NCBI GenBank assembly: GCA_030141605.1
Contig: JAQGDQ010000198.1
Span: 186,001-250,000, forward strand
Source: Tubiluchus corallicola
Lineage: Eukaryota > Animalia > Priapulida
Direction of reading: 5' to 3'
DNA: 64,000 bases
Shown: one piece after another, positions 13,301 through 52,029 of the stretch
Layout: every line of letters starts with the position of its first letter
Numbering within the stretch: the stretch's first letter is position 1
Notes under the pieces: generated by a model
Told to the model about the DNA's origin: nothing
Seen by the model: only the letters and a program-made list of their open reading frames with translations
Database searches by the model: none
Translations under genes and position numbers: made by a program

Positions 13301-16300
13301 GAGAAACTTTTTTTCGTTGTGCTGGTAAAATTTAACTAAATATCTGTACGTAAAGCAGTAATTGCAATTACACGACGAAAAGCGACTTTGTGCAGAACAT
13401 TGGAAGTAACCTTTCGTCGTTACTTTCATTGCTACTTTCAAATTAAAAGCGATTTTCAATCAGGGTAAAAGTTTCGTTTGCTTTTTTCTCTTCCGTCTTT
13501 GTCTTAGTTTGCTTGTTCTTTCTCTATTAATCTTTTTATTTATTTAACCGCCGTTATTACAATTACGTTTTCTTTCTTTGTCGAATAAAATTTATCTCCC
13601 TGGTCGAGATCTTTCGTGTGAATGCAGCCGAAGTTAGTTAGTAAAACTGCGTTTATGTCAGATAATTTCATGATTAAAAACAAGCCTTTGTTTGACAAAC
13701 AAAGGAACCACATTCACAGATCTGTATAGCCAAGCAGATTTGAGCAATACTGTTGTCATAGTAACAAGAATCAGTAATGCCTCAGTGTAGATCAAGGCTT
13801 TTGTAATTATTCTGATTTTGCCCTACATACAAGTAATATTGGAACTATGATTCAGTGTAGATTAAGGCTTATGTAATTCTGATTTTGCCCTATATACGAG
13901 GTTTGTCGGAAATATGATGTAAACACGCTTGCGCAGTCAAGCTTAATTAAGACAGAGTAAAAATCGAAAACGCATGTTTGGAAAGCGATTTATAATACTT
14001 TGAAAAAGTTATTTAATTAATTTATTAACAGCAAGGCTATAGTTTCTTTATTCTATTTCCATACTAACAATTAATTAAAACCCATCAATGCACTCCATTC
14101 TTTTGAAACACTAATATTTTGTTCTAAATTCTGAACTCGTTTGCTGCTTTTTAGCTTGTTCATCATTATCAGACTAATATTTCGCTCCTTACAGCCGTCG
14201 GCAAACATTACACTGATCACCTGCAGCTGCAACACGATTAGAGATGTTCCGTTAAGATCAGTTTGCGTGAAATCCGTCCATATGAGTAATTTACCTCCCC
14301 TGGTTTCTTTGACGGCTTAAATGATTTATGAAAAGCTTTAATAAGTAGACTATCTGAAAACCGGCAATCTCAAAGCAAGACCCACTCAACTGAATTTTCT
14401 ACGTTTGATATTTCCGGTCAATTTTGCTTCTGTAATGTGTCTTTCTTGTTTATTATTTTTGAACGATTTACCTCCAGTAATGATCTATCTTTAACATCTT
14501 TAAAGAGCACTAACGTCTTATCGATTGTTTTACTTTCAAAGTCCAAAATTCTGAATCGTTGAGAAAATAGGACGTTAGAAAAACTGACGAAGATTCTGAA
14601 TTTGCAACCTTACGCTAACAATTCTTATTACTAAAGCCAATTTTTTTGCTATTTTGTCAGCACCCAAGAGACTATTAAGATACTTGCAGGTTCTGCAGAA
14701 GTTTAAGGAATTTAAGTCCTCTCTGACTAACATGAAACTATTTTAGTTTTAAGCTCATTTTTAGCGTTGTGCTGCACTGTTTTAATGATTTTGATTTCTT
14801 GTTAAATGTTTGAAAAAAGAAACATCATTCACATATTGTATGCTAATGCCAGCAGAAGGTTCCGTCATGACATATAATTACACTCTTTTAGATGTTTCAA
14901 TGGAATCTTTTCTGGAAGTAGAATGTGGTGAATTAGTACAAAATGAGATTATGCTTCCTATTTATTTATTGAACATTAATAATAGACTGCAACATTTAAC
15001 GGTACTTAAAATAGTATACCATCAAACGTAAATATTAGACAAAATATAAGTCTGCATTATTAAACCACAAACAAATAATAAAAACAGTAAAAAGTTAGAA
15101 GCTAATAAGCTATAGGCCTAATTAAAACATCTCGGAAGAAGCTACAACACTGTTAGGTACAGAAAGATGCTAGAAATAAAACGGTGGCATTTGCTTACAA
15201 AATTAGGCTACCGACACTCAGCATTAAAGAGTACTCCTGCATCATCAATAAGTACCCACCGAAGAAAAATGCTCTTAGGTTTAGTTTTCACCAGCCTCTC
15301 TGATGAGCAATGTGTTGCTCTGGTAATGGAACTAACTTGATATCGATCCCTGAATCCCATGAAACTAATTAGCCCACTATGGATATTCGTCTCACCTGAT
15401 TAAACATAGCGTGTATCACCTGGCTGTGCATTAGTAGTTTCTGTTTGCATACCGCGCAAAGCCACGCGTTACAAACTAGCGCAAGGGATGGCAGAGTTTG
15501 TTGCACGAAACGATAAAACTTTTAAACAGATATAACAGATTATTTTCTTATTGAAGATGATGCAGATGTTTGAGAATAAGGAAAGAGAAGAAGCGAAAAA
15601 GAAAGAAAGAAAAGGAGAAGAGAGCATGAATACGTGAGTCGGTAAAAATTAGAAAAAGAAAAGTGAATGAGAAAAAGACAAACGACAGAAAGGAAAAAAG
15701 ATAGAAAGAAAGCAGGAACGAAGGAAAGAAGGAAGGAAGGAAACAGAGAAAAAATTAAGCAAGCGAACAAACAAACATACAACGAAACAAAAATAAAGAA
15801 ACAAGGAAGCAGACCAACAAAAAATAAGAGAAAGCTAGCAAGTTACTATTCTGCTATTACACAAGAAGTTTAAGAACAACGGTACAACTGCAATAATAAA
15901 AAACGAAAAACGGAAGCCTTTCTAGTTCTGAGATCAAAACGATCAGGTAGAACGAATGAAGCACCGCAAATTTAACGCGCTATTGATTACTGTCGTTACT
16001 ATGGTAACTAGTGCACTTCTTTAGTTTGCAAGATTGCACGAGAAATAAGATGGGTGTTTATTTCAGGCATAATTTAACTATAGTTTAATCCTTAATTCGT
16101 TTCATTCAAATTTTCGTTCAGCACATTAAAATGCTACGTAAATGGTAAAAATTACAATAAGAGCCCTCTTAATGCATGACGTTCAGTCGTATTCAAATGT
16201 AGGATTTTTTTATTCATTATGAATTACTTAATTTGGCCCTATCTTTTCGTGCTACTTTATTCATCTGTTTTTAAATGTTTAATTCAACTGAACGAACTGA

Positions 16301-18556
16301 ATGACTTCGGTCTAGGACACAGAAAATAACATTGACAAAAGCGACAATAAGTCGAACTAGAAAAGCTTTAAAGAAAAAAGAGGCTGAGAGGCGTGTTTCA
16401 GTTTTTACTTCCAATCCCGTGACATTTCATGCAAGGTCAAATGTGAAGTTAAATTTGTTTCTGCGTTTTATCATCAATTTCAGTCACTCTAGGCTTGATT
16501 TTAAGCAAATCTCAAACATAAGTAGTCGAAAGCTGATAATGAACCTTTTCAAGATTATGATTGGTAACTTTGTCGCATGACACGTGCTAATTAACTACAT
16601 GGTTTCGCTAAGATGCTGATATAAACGTGGCCATTGTCCTCTTGAGCTACCATGTTTCAAAGTCACGCAAGATCACGTTTTTAATTAAATTTGCCACTTT
16701 TCAATTAATTTTTTTATTTTTCTAACGTTAAGCTTTAAAATTGCACATGATAAACGTTATAAACGCAAGCCTCTGCTGAAAGCTTGCCAAGCCTTACAGA
16801 TACAACGATTACACAATAAGAAAATTCCTGAAAATTTCTTTTCGCGTTATGAGATATATACACTAACAGCTTGGTTATATGACTTCGGTAAGATAAAATT
16901 AATTACAGTTTCTAAGCCCCTAGGAAGCATTATCAACTGATTTAAATCAGTGTCTGTAGGCTTAAAGGTACACTAGGTACATTAATTCAGTATTGATTTT
17001 GGTAGGTGGCAACATTAGCGCTGTAAATTTAAGGCAGTCGACAGCATAATTTGTACAACGAGACGACGCACGGACAAAAAAGAGGAAGCATTATAAGCCT
17101 CTTTAGGCTTACTCAGCCTCATGATTAATCCGCTATCGGTGATTGTCCGGACGCGACCGTAGCAGTCTCCTGAACTTATCCATATTATATTTAAAGCTAA
17201 TGCAGTATTTAAAAACGTAATTATGCCACGACTACTACACGTTTTCCCAAAACAAAGCCTCAAGCAAATAGCGTGTGTTGTGCGTATAACAAGTTCCTAT
17301 TGAACTATTGGCCAATTGACTCGCTGAGCTCAACATCGTGGATTGGAAATGACAACAGTGTTGCAATCTTCAAATTAACATGGCAGATAAAAATCCATCT
17401 CAGTCAGTCGATTCAGGATTCGTCCTAGCATCCTGTAAAGTTTCGTGATAATTTATTGCGAATTGGCGGAGCCTTAGGCTTTTTTTCGAAAATAATATTA
17501 TCCCCTCCATTGCAAATTCAAAATGGCAGATAAAAAAATCCGACTCCGTCGGCCGATGCGAAATTTGTTCTGGTATATTCGTATGAAGTTTCGTGACAAT
17601 CCGTTTGCGAATTCACGCAGCCTTACGCTCCTTTTTGAAAATGACATTGCTGCTGCCATCTTGAATTCAAAATGGCAGGTCGAAAATCCGACTGTGTCAG
17701 TCGATTTCAATTTCGTTTTAGCATATACATGCGAAGTTTTATGACAATCAATTGCAAACTGCTGGAGCCTTGAGTTTTTCTCGAAGAAGTCATCCTCCAA
17801 CAAGAACAAGAACAACAATTAAGAACAAGAACAATACCCAGATGAGTAGCAATTTGGGTTAACTGAATAGCAACCAATCTTATTCGTTCAGCAGTTTTTT
17901 TGACCTACAAACTCTTAATTCTGCGATTAACAGAAATTGATACATACCTCGTATGCATTTTTTATGTTAATTACTTCTTTAGTTTGAGCAACAGCTCCAG
18001 CTATGCCTTTCCCGAATGGCACTGTAATTCCTTTTCCTTCTGGAATTAGAGAGTCTTCTACAGTTGAACCTGTCATGACGTCAAAAAGTTTGGCTTCTAA
18101 AACTTTGTGCTCTTTCGACCCAGCAGTTAAAAACAGGCTTCCCCGATCGCTGTTGGTTAGTAAACTGACGTTTTGCAATATTTTATGACATAAAATATTG
18201 ATGTCTAGTTCACTTGCAACATCTCTGATTAATTCCATCAATAGTTCTTTCTCTTCAAGTTCTTTCAATTTATCTTTGTTCTTCCTGGGGTGTTGTCGAT
18301 TTTCTAAAAGAAGGTGGAATTTATTCGATGCAATTAGAGCACCATGATGAGACATCATATACTTGTCTGCCAAATCTGTCTCAGACCGGATCAGATTAGG
18401 GCGATTAAGTCCAAAAATATCGGACTTTGTCATCAGCCATGCATCAAACATTTCCTTTGTGCCATTTTGAACAAACCAATCTCGGCAAAACATTGGATTA
18501 CCCTGCAAGAATTTTGCCACTGCGTCTTCAGTTAGGCTCTTGCAGTTTTCGGCCAT
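3134..18556 (-). CDS. Pde6: cGMP phosphodiesterase, invertebrate Pde6 type (PDE5/6/11 family), 5' part: N-terminus, GAF-A, start of GAF-B; gene continues beyond the left edge
   Basis: Exons 18556-17948, 10768-10610, 10119-10030, 7383-7240 plus probable 7046-6975 and 3244-3134, all phase 0 with GT-AG. Protein includes [63 protein letters not shown]...F...D (GAF NKFDE-like) and [26 protein letters not shown], which closely matches Drosophila Pde6 as I recall it. Confidence 0.9.
6185..6265. repeat. Imperfect (TCA/TCG)n microsatellite
   Basis: Seen directly; a similar tract lies at ~12650-12760. Confidence 0.85.
6975..7046 (-). CDS. Pde6: Probable PDE exon 5 (GAF-B insert)
   Basis: cag|[24 protein letters not shown]|GTAAGA; 72 nt, phase 0-0, stop-free; no homology support. 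Confidence 0.6.
7240..7383 (-). CDS. Pde6: PDE coding exon 4 (start of GAF-B)
   Basis: tag|[24 protein letters not shown]...DDTIEKV|GTAGGT; 144 nt. Confidence 0.9.
8790..9030 (-). mobile_element. Non-LTR retrotransposon ORF2 C-terminal remnant (I/R1-group-like zinc knuckle)
   Basis: Minus frame reads [37 protein letters not shown], fitting the LTGHG...CxCG...QTxEH pattern. Confidence 0.75.
10030..10119 (-). CDS. Pde6: PDE coding exon 3
   Basis: tag|[30 protein letters not shown]|GTAACA; 90 nt. Confidence 0.93.
10250..10560 (-). mobile_element. LINE 3' end (L2/CR1-group-like) with (TG)n tail
   Basis: [26 protein letters not shown] is a typical ORF2 terminus; followed by the (CA)n tract at 10250-10338. 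Confidence 0.75.
10610..10768 (-). CDS. Pde6: PDE coding exon 2 (GAF-A)
   Basis: cag|[14 protein letters not shown]...EFTDHDVQ|GTATAT; 159 nt. Confidence 0.93.
10919..11201. repeat. 36-bp minisatellite, 7 full units plus 1 partial
   Basis: Unit CAGTATGGTTACAACATKCTAAGCTTCCAAATCATT, head-to-tail, no spacers. Confidence 0.97.
12340..12500. repeat. Degenerate tetranucleotide repeat (CCAA/CCAG/CTAC)
   Basis: Seen directly. Confidence 0.75.
13752..13765. promoter_or_regulatory. Candidate RFX X-box
   Basis: GTTGTCATAGTAAC fits GTHNYYATRRNAAC. Confidence 0.4.
13782..13900. repeat. Imperfect direct duplication, ~50-bp core, 70-bp offset
   Basis: TCAGTGTAGATYAAGGCTT...TTCTGATTTTGCCCTAYATAC occurs twice. 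Confidence 0.85.
15575..15830. repeat. Purine-rich low-complexity (GAAA/GGAA/ACAA) tract
   Basis: Seen directly. Confidence 0.8.
15995..16008. promoter_or_regulatory. Candidate RFX X-box
   Basis: GTTACTATGGTAAC, near-perfect palindromic match. Confidence 0.45.
17378..17775. repeat. Three diverged ~145-bp tandem units, probably the interior of a non-autonomous element
   Basis: Each unit has AAMATGGCAG...AAAATCC...AAGTTTYRTGAYAAT...GCRAA...AGCCTT. Confidence 0.8.
17948..18556 (-). CDS. Pde6: PDE coding exon 1 (N-terminus and GAF-A)
   Basis: ATG at 18556 with an in-frame TGA just upstream; 609 nt; ends NAYE|GTATGT. Confidence 0.92.
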
Positions 18557-18619
18557 GATCACAGTGTCTCACAGAAATGCAAGGACAAACAAAACTGAAA
18601 TCTTTTGTGCAGGGTGCCC

Positions 18620-19400
18620 TAAAAGTGGACTAAAAGGGGCACTGACTGAACAAGTGTATCTCAGAAAAGAGAACGATTGAAATTGAGTGCTCTCAAGAAT
18701 GGATGATTCTGGTATAGTACTGCACAGCGTGCTACAGGAACAAACCACTATATTTAATGCTGCTTACACAGCGTGCCACGGGAATAAATGGTTCAAATCT
18801 AATACTGTCTCCTGCCACTGCACAGCGCGCCACAAGAACGGACAATTAAGATCCAGTGCTGTCCACTGTCACAGAACAACATGCCACAGATCTGGATGTT
18901 TCAGGCGTAATGTTGTCTGTGCACAACGTGTCACAGAAATGGACGGTTGACAGTGAATGGTATCACTTTACCGAGCACCACAGAAATTAGTGATTATACC
19001 GTAATGATTTTATCATGTCACTTCACACTGTTCTTTAAAAAATGGACGATTTAGATCACTTTCGCTTGGCACTGCACAGTGTGCTACAAAAATGGACGGT
19101 CCAATTCTATGAAATAAAATGCTGTTTTCTGAAGCCTCACAGTATTCCACAAAATTAATGTTTCAGCTATGGACGGAGAAGATTTATTGCTCTTTTTTAG
19201 CACTGCACGCAGAAAATGTCCGTTTTATTCCAATGTTATCCTTCTGAAACTGCATAATGTACTCTAGAGATTGTCAGTTAGATCTATCAGAGTCGTAAAG
19301 CATGTTAAGCAATAGACATTTTAGATGTGCACGAGTGCTTACAAGACTGCACGGTTTACATATGATGTTTTCTACAGTATTTCACAATGTGATGTGGAAT
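18620..19400. repeat. Degenerate ~45-55-bp tandem array immediately upstream of the PDE start codon
   Basis: Recurring ACTGCACAGYGTGCYACARAAATGGACG-like core at 18719, ~18764, 18817, 18871, 18920, 19071, 19202. Confidence 0.7.
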
Positions 19401-19907
19401 TTTTGCAAAATTTTCGTAAAATAGACAGCTCTATTTTTAACGCTATTTTAATGAGTTGCTCAGATTTGATCTTGTTTTCTTGTCATACCGTAGTGCTCCG
19501 CGCAACTTAATGCTTCATAGGCAACTCAGTTTGAAGTCACTAAATATGCAAGCCGTGGAGCATGGTTCGATTTCCATTGGCTGTGTGACACGCAGTGACT
19601 GCAGAACGTCACATAGTGCGTTCGCAAGAACTCCTATTAGCAATACAAGCAATATTGGGATGTCTCGATCAATGCACCTGCCGAAAGGCCACGTGACCTA
19701 GTCATTGCGGCGCTGTTTGGCTAATAGTTTTACAGGTGCTATATATCACACATACTAAAGAAAAATCGATTTACGTTGAATTTATACCATATCAGCGCAA
19801 ATAACGACGTTAATGAAGGGAATCGAGAAAAAGTTACCAGCATTAGGTCTATGCATTATTATTCATTTTAATTTTTTTGTAACTATTGTACAATGTATTA
19901 GCACTAG

Positions 19908-21755
<1,848 letters not shown>

Positions 21756-22772
21756 TACCAATTTTTGTTAACACTGTAAATAAATCATTACAATGAATTT
21801 TATAAAGAAGCCCTCCAAAACAACCAGCGGTCGAAGCAAAGGGCACCTGTGATAATTATAACTAATCGATAACAGTATTTTCAATGACAATCACTGGTAC
21901 AGTTTTGAAATAGTATGAGTGCATTTACACATGGAGATAACGTTGTTGCAGTTGTCGAAAGTTTTTTTTTAAATTGGTAAAGATCAAATCGTTTTTTCCT
22001 TATTTCCTCCGTTCTAACAGAGTCGCATACAACAGGGTTTTCAGTCTGCGCACATCACTAAACAAAGATAAACGTTTTAATCATGACTTGTTGATTTTGT
22101 ATGCAGTGAGATGAGGCATCATTTTCCGAGAAACGATTTAAATAGGAACTACTTCATAGTAAAACACAATGCAAGAACAATGTACACTATGGTTCTAGGG
22201 ATCGATGGCTGTATAGGTGCAGGTTGCTACATTTAGCTCTATTATTATACAAAAGTATTGTTTGTTTACTAACTTAAATTAAACAACGTTCCATCCAATA
22301 ACTTAATAAAGTACAAAGTGAATGAGAGTCATGAACGTCTGAATATGTCCCCAAATATGTCCATATTAAATGCATGTATTGAAATTTAAATATTAAACAT
22401 TGATATTTCATATAAAAATAAGTCAACCACGGAGCTGGGAGAGTAGTTGGACACAGGGCGTTTTGTAAAACCACACCCTAAAAGCCATGTTTGTTTGAAT
22501 AATTTATATTGGTATTCAAGTAGAACATTGTTTAATTTCACTACACTCCAACATTATGCAACGTAGTCACACGTCACAATGTTGGACAATTATATCGAAC
22601 TTTTTTCTATTACGCACTATGCAATTGATTACAACGGTCAGTAACATAATTCTAAACAAAGTAAACATTAACACAGTGACGTCCGTGACGTCAGTCTGGA
22701 ATATAAGAACTACCGAACAGCATTGCAAACCCCTTTTAATATCGTTGACTTTGTACTATAGTATGATTTTTG

Positions 22773-23888
22773 TGTAAGTCCCATACTTAGGCTGCATTAA
22801 TAGCTTAATTTAGTTAATTGCTTATGTTAATTGAATTAGTCATTAGTTAATTACTCATTAAGCGAATTTATATACTATAATAAAGCAAGTTGTGACTGTA
22901 GATATATGAATGCATCTAGTTAGCTCTGGAAAGGGTCCCACCTCATACCTGTCACAGATCTCCTTTACGAGAAAGCAAGTGATTGGTTATACGCTCAACT
23001 AAACAGGCTATCTAGCCAATAAACCGTCGTGTTATTAAAGGACAAGGTCATCCACTTTTATCTGCTCTAGAAATTGAAACCAGGTTCAAGACAGTTTGTC
23101 GAACGTGCTGAGCCAGTGAAGTCGTCCAATATGGCTTCCGACGAACATTTATTAACAATTATGGCAACAGAAAGTGATTAAAGGGCACTGAGACACCAAA
23201 GGGTTAGGTGTTCGAGCCGTGAGGCGAAAACACCAATGAATTGACTATTACTTGTTATCTGACGTACTGCTGTGAACGGAGATTCGGGATATCTGGGGCA
23301 GAAACAAGCAGGCAATGAGCAGACGTTGTATCAATGGTAGTTTCACGAGCTCCACGGGTTGGGACTCCACTAGGATTGGAGAAGTAACCGCATACGACTC
23401 CGGTACACCTCACAAGCATTGTAGAAGTGTCCACTTAAGATTCCACCCCCTGCTCCAGCTTTAGAAGAGTAACTGCTCAAGACTCCACAGGGCTCACATA
23501 ACCGGTTAGTCACATTAATCCAGCTTCCAGAGTGATGGAGAACGTCAAGTGTTGCAATCCGACAGCTCCCGACTGCAGTCACTACCACTGACAAGTATAG
23601 TTACCTTACATCCGTCTCCCTCGCCTAGGTTGGGCTAACCAGTCTTCTGTTTATCTTAGGTGATCTAGAAACGTTGTTTGTAACTATAACAACTTTGTTG
23701 TCGTTTTGAATTAAAGTAAATTGTTTTATTTCTTATTATCTCATTATTGGTAATATTAAAAACTGTTTCGATTGCTTCTATTTGGAATACATGTCTGTGA
23801 ACTATGCTTAAATGGAAAGATCCGCTGAACCCACGTATCAGAAATTAGTAGAAATAAAGCGCCCCATATCTCAAGTGGTGCCCCACAT
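22773..23888 (+). mobile_element. LTR-like remnant with a decayed primer-binding site; 5' boundary uncertain
   Basis: GC-richer block, AATAAA near 23853, ends in CA (23873), then AG and TGGTGCCCCACAT; no TSD or internal ORF found. Confidence 0.4.
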
Positions 23889-24289
23889 ATTACAAACACC
23901 TACATACTTACAACACTGTGTAGTATCTTCCTTACCCTAATATGGCTTTTTAGGGGTGTTCCAGAAATGGGTCCGTGCTGGCAATAAACTACCATTTGGC
24001 AAGGCTCATCATATAAAAACATAATCAAGCAATGTATAAGAAATTAAGATTGCATATTAGAATTTGCCCCCCAAATGCAACGTGGTACGCAAAAAAGTGG
24101 ACAAGCTTAGACAAACTACTAAATGAGTCAAACCGCACTGGACTCGGCATAGTCAAATGCACTGTGTGTATACTGGTCAGTCACACGTGAGCGTAACAAA
24201 ATACAGTTTTTGACATGAGTAAATCACATAGACCAGTCATAGTCTAGTGATAAACATAGTCATGCTAGCAGATTTGGATCTGAATTCAC

Positions 24290-24700
24290 TTAGTCTTCTT
24301 AATCATTCAGGTCAGATAAACTTTCCAGTTATTTTTAACTAGATTGTAAAACCAAGGTCAAACTTTTAGATTCGGAACATGTTTCGTGTTTAAGGATTCG
24401 TTGGGTATAGTCTCATTCTTCCTGTTGTTGAATAAACATCCCAAGAGCTTAAACTTAAACTCATAATTTGGTATTAATGAATGTACTCCTCTTGCTCAAA
24501 CACGCTACCATCAAGACGTTTTTGAGGTTTAAAAAGCAGAAGTGATTATAATGCACATATGACTGATATAAGAACTTTAATGCTGCCGAATTTTAATCAT
24601 AATGCTCAATAGCTATTTATTTATCATTATATTTTTACAAGGACCAATAGTTTAGATTCCTTTGATCCAAATATTACATTTGGTCAAACTGTTGATGCAG
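24290..24700 (-). mobile_element. Heavily decayed LINE ORF1-like remnant
   Basis: Minus-strand NIWIKGI and weak downstream traces resemble the ORF1 remnant at 52.0-52.4 kb. Confidence 0.3.
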
Positions 24701-26468
24701 ACTCAGATTCAGATTGAGATTCTGTTGTAATACACGAAAACATCAAGTACATAGCGAAATAAGTTATTAGTAGTTAGACAAACGATAGCGAAAAAAGCGT
24801 AGATGCTAGCGTATCAGCCATTCAATTAGCTAAAATTAGCACAAGAAAATCTAGCGAAGATTTAACCTGGGATGAAACAAAGAAAACACTGTCAAACTGG
24901 AAAAAATTAATAATGAAAAAAATAACAAAAGTGAATCAAACTTGTTTTAAGTGGATGATCATTAATCTGTCATACTTTTGACGTAGGTATGGGTTATGCA
25001 TGTTCTCTGTCAAGTCATGCAAATTAACTAAGACAAACATGTTGTTAATAATATTCTGCAAAGAACAAAAATTGTGAAATTTCATCTCCTTTCATTGAGA
25101 GTGTTTTAATGCAAAATAACAATCGCAAAAGTATTTTGACATTTCCTTGTTTTTGCACAGTAGTTTGAAAGAATGTGACATTGTAAAAACACTGCATTTT
25201 ATTGACTTAGGTATATAGCCATGCAATACAATTACTTTTCCTGCCATAAACGTCTTTACAGTATTAACATTTCTTTATAAACAGGTCTTTTTATTTAGCC
25301 ATTTACTCAGTAGCGTGTAAATGGAAGACTACAAAGTTAATACAAACAATGATTTTTATGTAACCATACGTTTATATAGGTAATAGTCTATATTACCTAT
25401 ATGAAACTATCAGAACAGATCTACCATGTAATGATTTCAACAGATAGTGTGCAATCTAAATTCATGAAGTGTGAAATGTGTGAGGTATCTGGCAGATGAG
25501 ATCCATCCAGCAGTAGGAGCAATGTTCAAAATCTGCTGCACATGGATCATTTGTATTAACTCTTGGTTAAACAATGAACTGCTACACCCTTTGCCACATT
25601 CAACTGAAAACTGCCTTTCCAACATAGAAATCAAGTACAGTTGTATCACATTCCGAATGCAAGAATACATGCTGTTAAGGCTTGATACATGCTTACAATA
25701 TTGCAGCCAAATGTATTTGCAAGTTACACTTTACTTAAACTCACATTTCACTTAAAAATACTATTTTATTACTACCAGATACTAATTACCAAAGTTATGA
25801 CTTTTAAATCTAATTTTTGAATGTAATGTAAAAGCATACAGACAGCTTATGCTCAGACTCATTGTGCCCATATGCAAACAATTGTACAGGAAACAGAATT
25901 TGCAGAAGAATTTCAAAATTAATAATTTCTTTTTATTTTCACATTTTTTAACTGTATACCACAACTATGGTGAACTTGTGCACTTGAAGGTGAATTACTG
26001 ATTAAAAGTGGCAACAAGGTCCACGAACAGCCGATACAGAACTGCTTGTGGTGCCGTGTTGGATTTGTAGGTCAATGTTAGAGTTAAATATATTTTTCAG
26101 ACAAAAACCAAAATGATATGATGTACATGTAGCTTAGAAGGGCACAATATGCATAATGTAAAAGTTATTATTGCTTAGGAACCATTATAAAGATGTGTAA
26201 CTGCAATGCAATATTGTCTTTAATGTGCAAACTTAGGTTATTTCAAAACATAAAAATTGCTTATGACGTTATCTAACATAGCATTACTTATTTTCCAAGC
26301 ATAAGAGTACTGTTTATCCAAATAAATGGATAAGTTTTATCACCAGGCACATGACTAAGTCTGAAGTGGTAAAAAAAAGAGATACTGTAATTACACATTA
26401 ATCAGGCGAGTCACACATAAATACATAAATTACATTAAGAAAATAAATTACATATAATCCAGTTGCGG

Positions 26469-50565
<24,097 letters not shown>

Positions 50566-50611
50566 TTTTCTACGATTGCGTTCAGTGTACTCGTACTGTA
50601 CGTTTTGGTTT

Positions 50612-50625
50612 TCGTGAATTCACGA
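50612..50625. promoter_or_regulatory. 14-bp perfect palindrome in the tankyrase 5' UTR/proximal promoter
   Basis: TCGTGAATTCACGA, 47 nt upstream of the ATG; function unknown. Confidence 0.4.
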
Positions 50626-52029
50626 GAAACAAACACAAAGCGCCACCTGTTAGTAGAAGATCCTAACAGCTCTGATCCTTCTTGGAGAATTTCTATCAAA
50701 ACGTTTTTTTAAAGAGATAACAAATAATTATCTCTAAATACTAATAATAATTATTGTAATATTCGGCTAATTGCAGCTGTTTCAAACTTTCTTTAAAATT
50801 GTCATAATCTCATGCTTTTCATATTGCCCTAGCTAACATTGATTTTTGATTCAAATTAATCACGTACCAAGATAACAATAATACTTACTCTAGCACTCAA
50901 CTATTCATTGTCATTGATAATGTATATTTATGTATATATTTTCTTGCATTCTATTTGTTAATCAATTTGTCAATTCTGTCTACTTCTTTTGATGAACTTG
51001 TCTATCTATAATACGATTTTGGCAGACACAGTAACTTTATTTCTGTTTGGTAACATAGTAAGACATAAAATTATGTACAGAATGCTTCTTCTTTTTTTGT
51101 AAATGTTGACATGCTTTTTCGTAGCATTTATTAGTATGCATATATCATTTCAATAGATATTTTACTTTCAGTTTTGAGTACACGTTTCTTTGCTTGCTAC
51201 TAATTTACTTGTAATGTAGTACTAGGAAAGTGTATTTGTGCAACAAACGAAATTGAATCGAATTGATTGAACTGAACTGATTGTTAAAGGCGGAAAATAT
51301 GAGTGCATGAGTAAGTGACTATTTTTTCGTTAACACTAGCCTAAAGTGTAATTTTAACATTAAATAAGTTTTTTTTATCTCGCATGTGTTTTTTTTCTTT
51401 ATTGGACTTAATCTTGTTATGATTTCATTTGAGTAATGTTGTGCGTATGCTTAGCACTGCCTGTCTATATGTTACTATGTGTGTACATACTAGTTGTATG
51501 CGTGTAGTACGTTAACGCTTAACATCGGGTGATCTACCATATTAAGAGGGGGCAGTGCTGGATTAATGCTAACTAAACTAAGGCTTGGGCACTGTTACAT
51601 GTATGCTAGTGGTTGTGCTAGGTTTTTATTAGACAAAGTGCAGACTGGAATACTAGTGCATGAATCTCACTGAAATAGTTTAGGTGAACCTAAAAGTATC
51701 ACCTGTATTTCCAGAAAATAATTTTTAATTATCTTCATCAGCAGAGGGTTCTACAAACTACATAGCAGTTATCAGCAAGGAAAACATTATCTTTGCTAAG
51801 ATGCAATACTGAACTAAATCAAGATCTACACCACCAGTGCATACTAGTAGTGGTTGTGCTAAATTACTACTAGATATTGTACTGCTGAATCATGAATCAG
51901 AATGCTGAGATACATTTTGTGAATGTATAACGTTGTCTGATTGTACACTTGAAATTGCAGACCAAGAACAGCATTTGTACTATGTATTACACGTGTGCCT
52001 TGACATTCAGCAACAATACCCTTTTGTGC

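Noticed and set aside
15300-15325. Hammerhead ribozyme (CTGATGA plus GAGCAA/TTGCTC hairpin)
   Set aside because: The required GAAA after stem II is absent and stems I and III could not be formed
18687-18950. Cys/His-rich 87-aa ORF as a metal-binding protein
   Set aside because: GTG start, antisense to the PDE 5' region, and neighbouring repeat units break the frame
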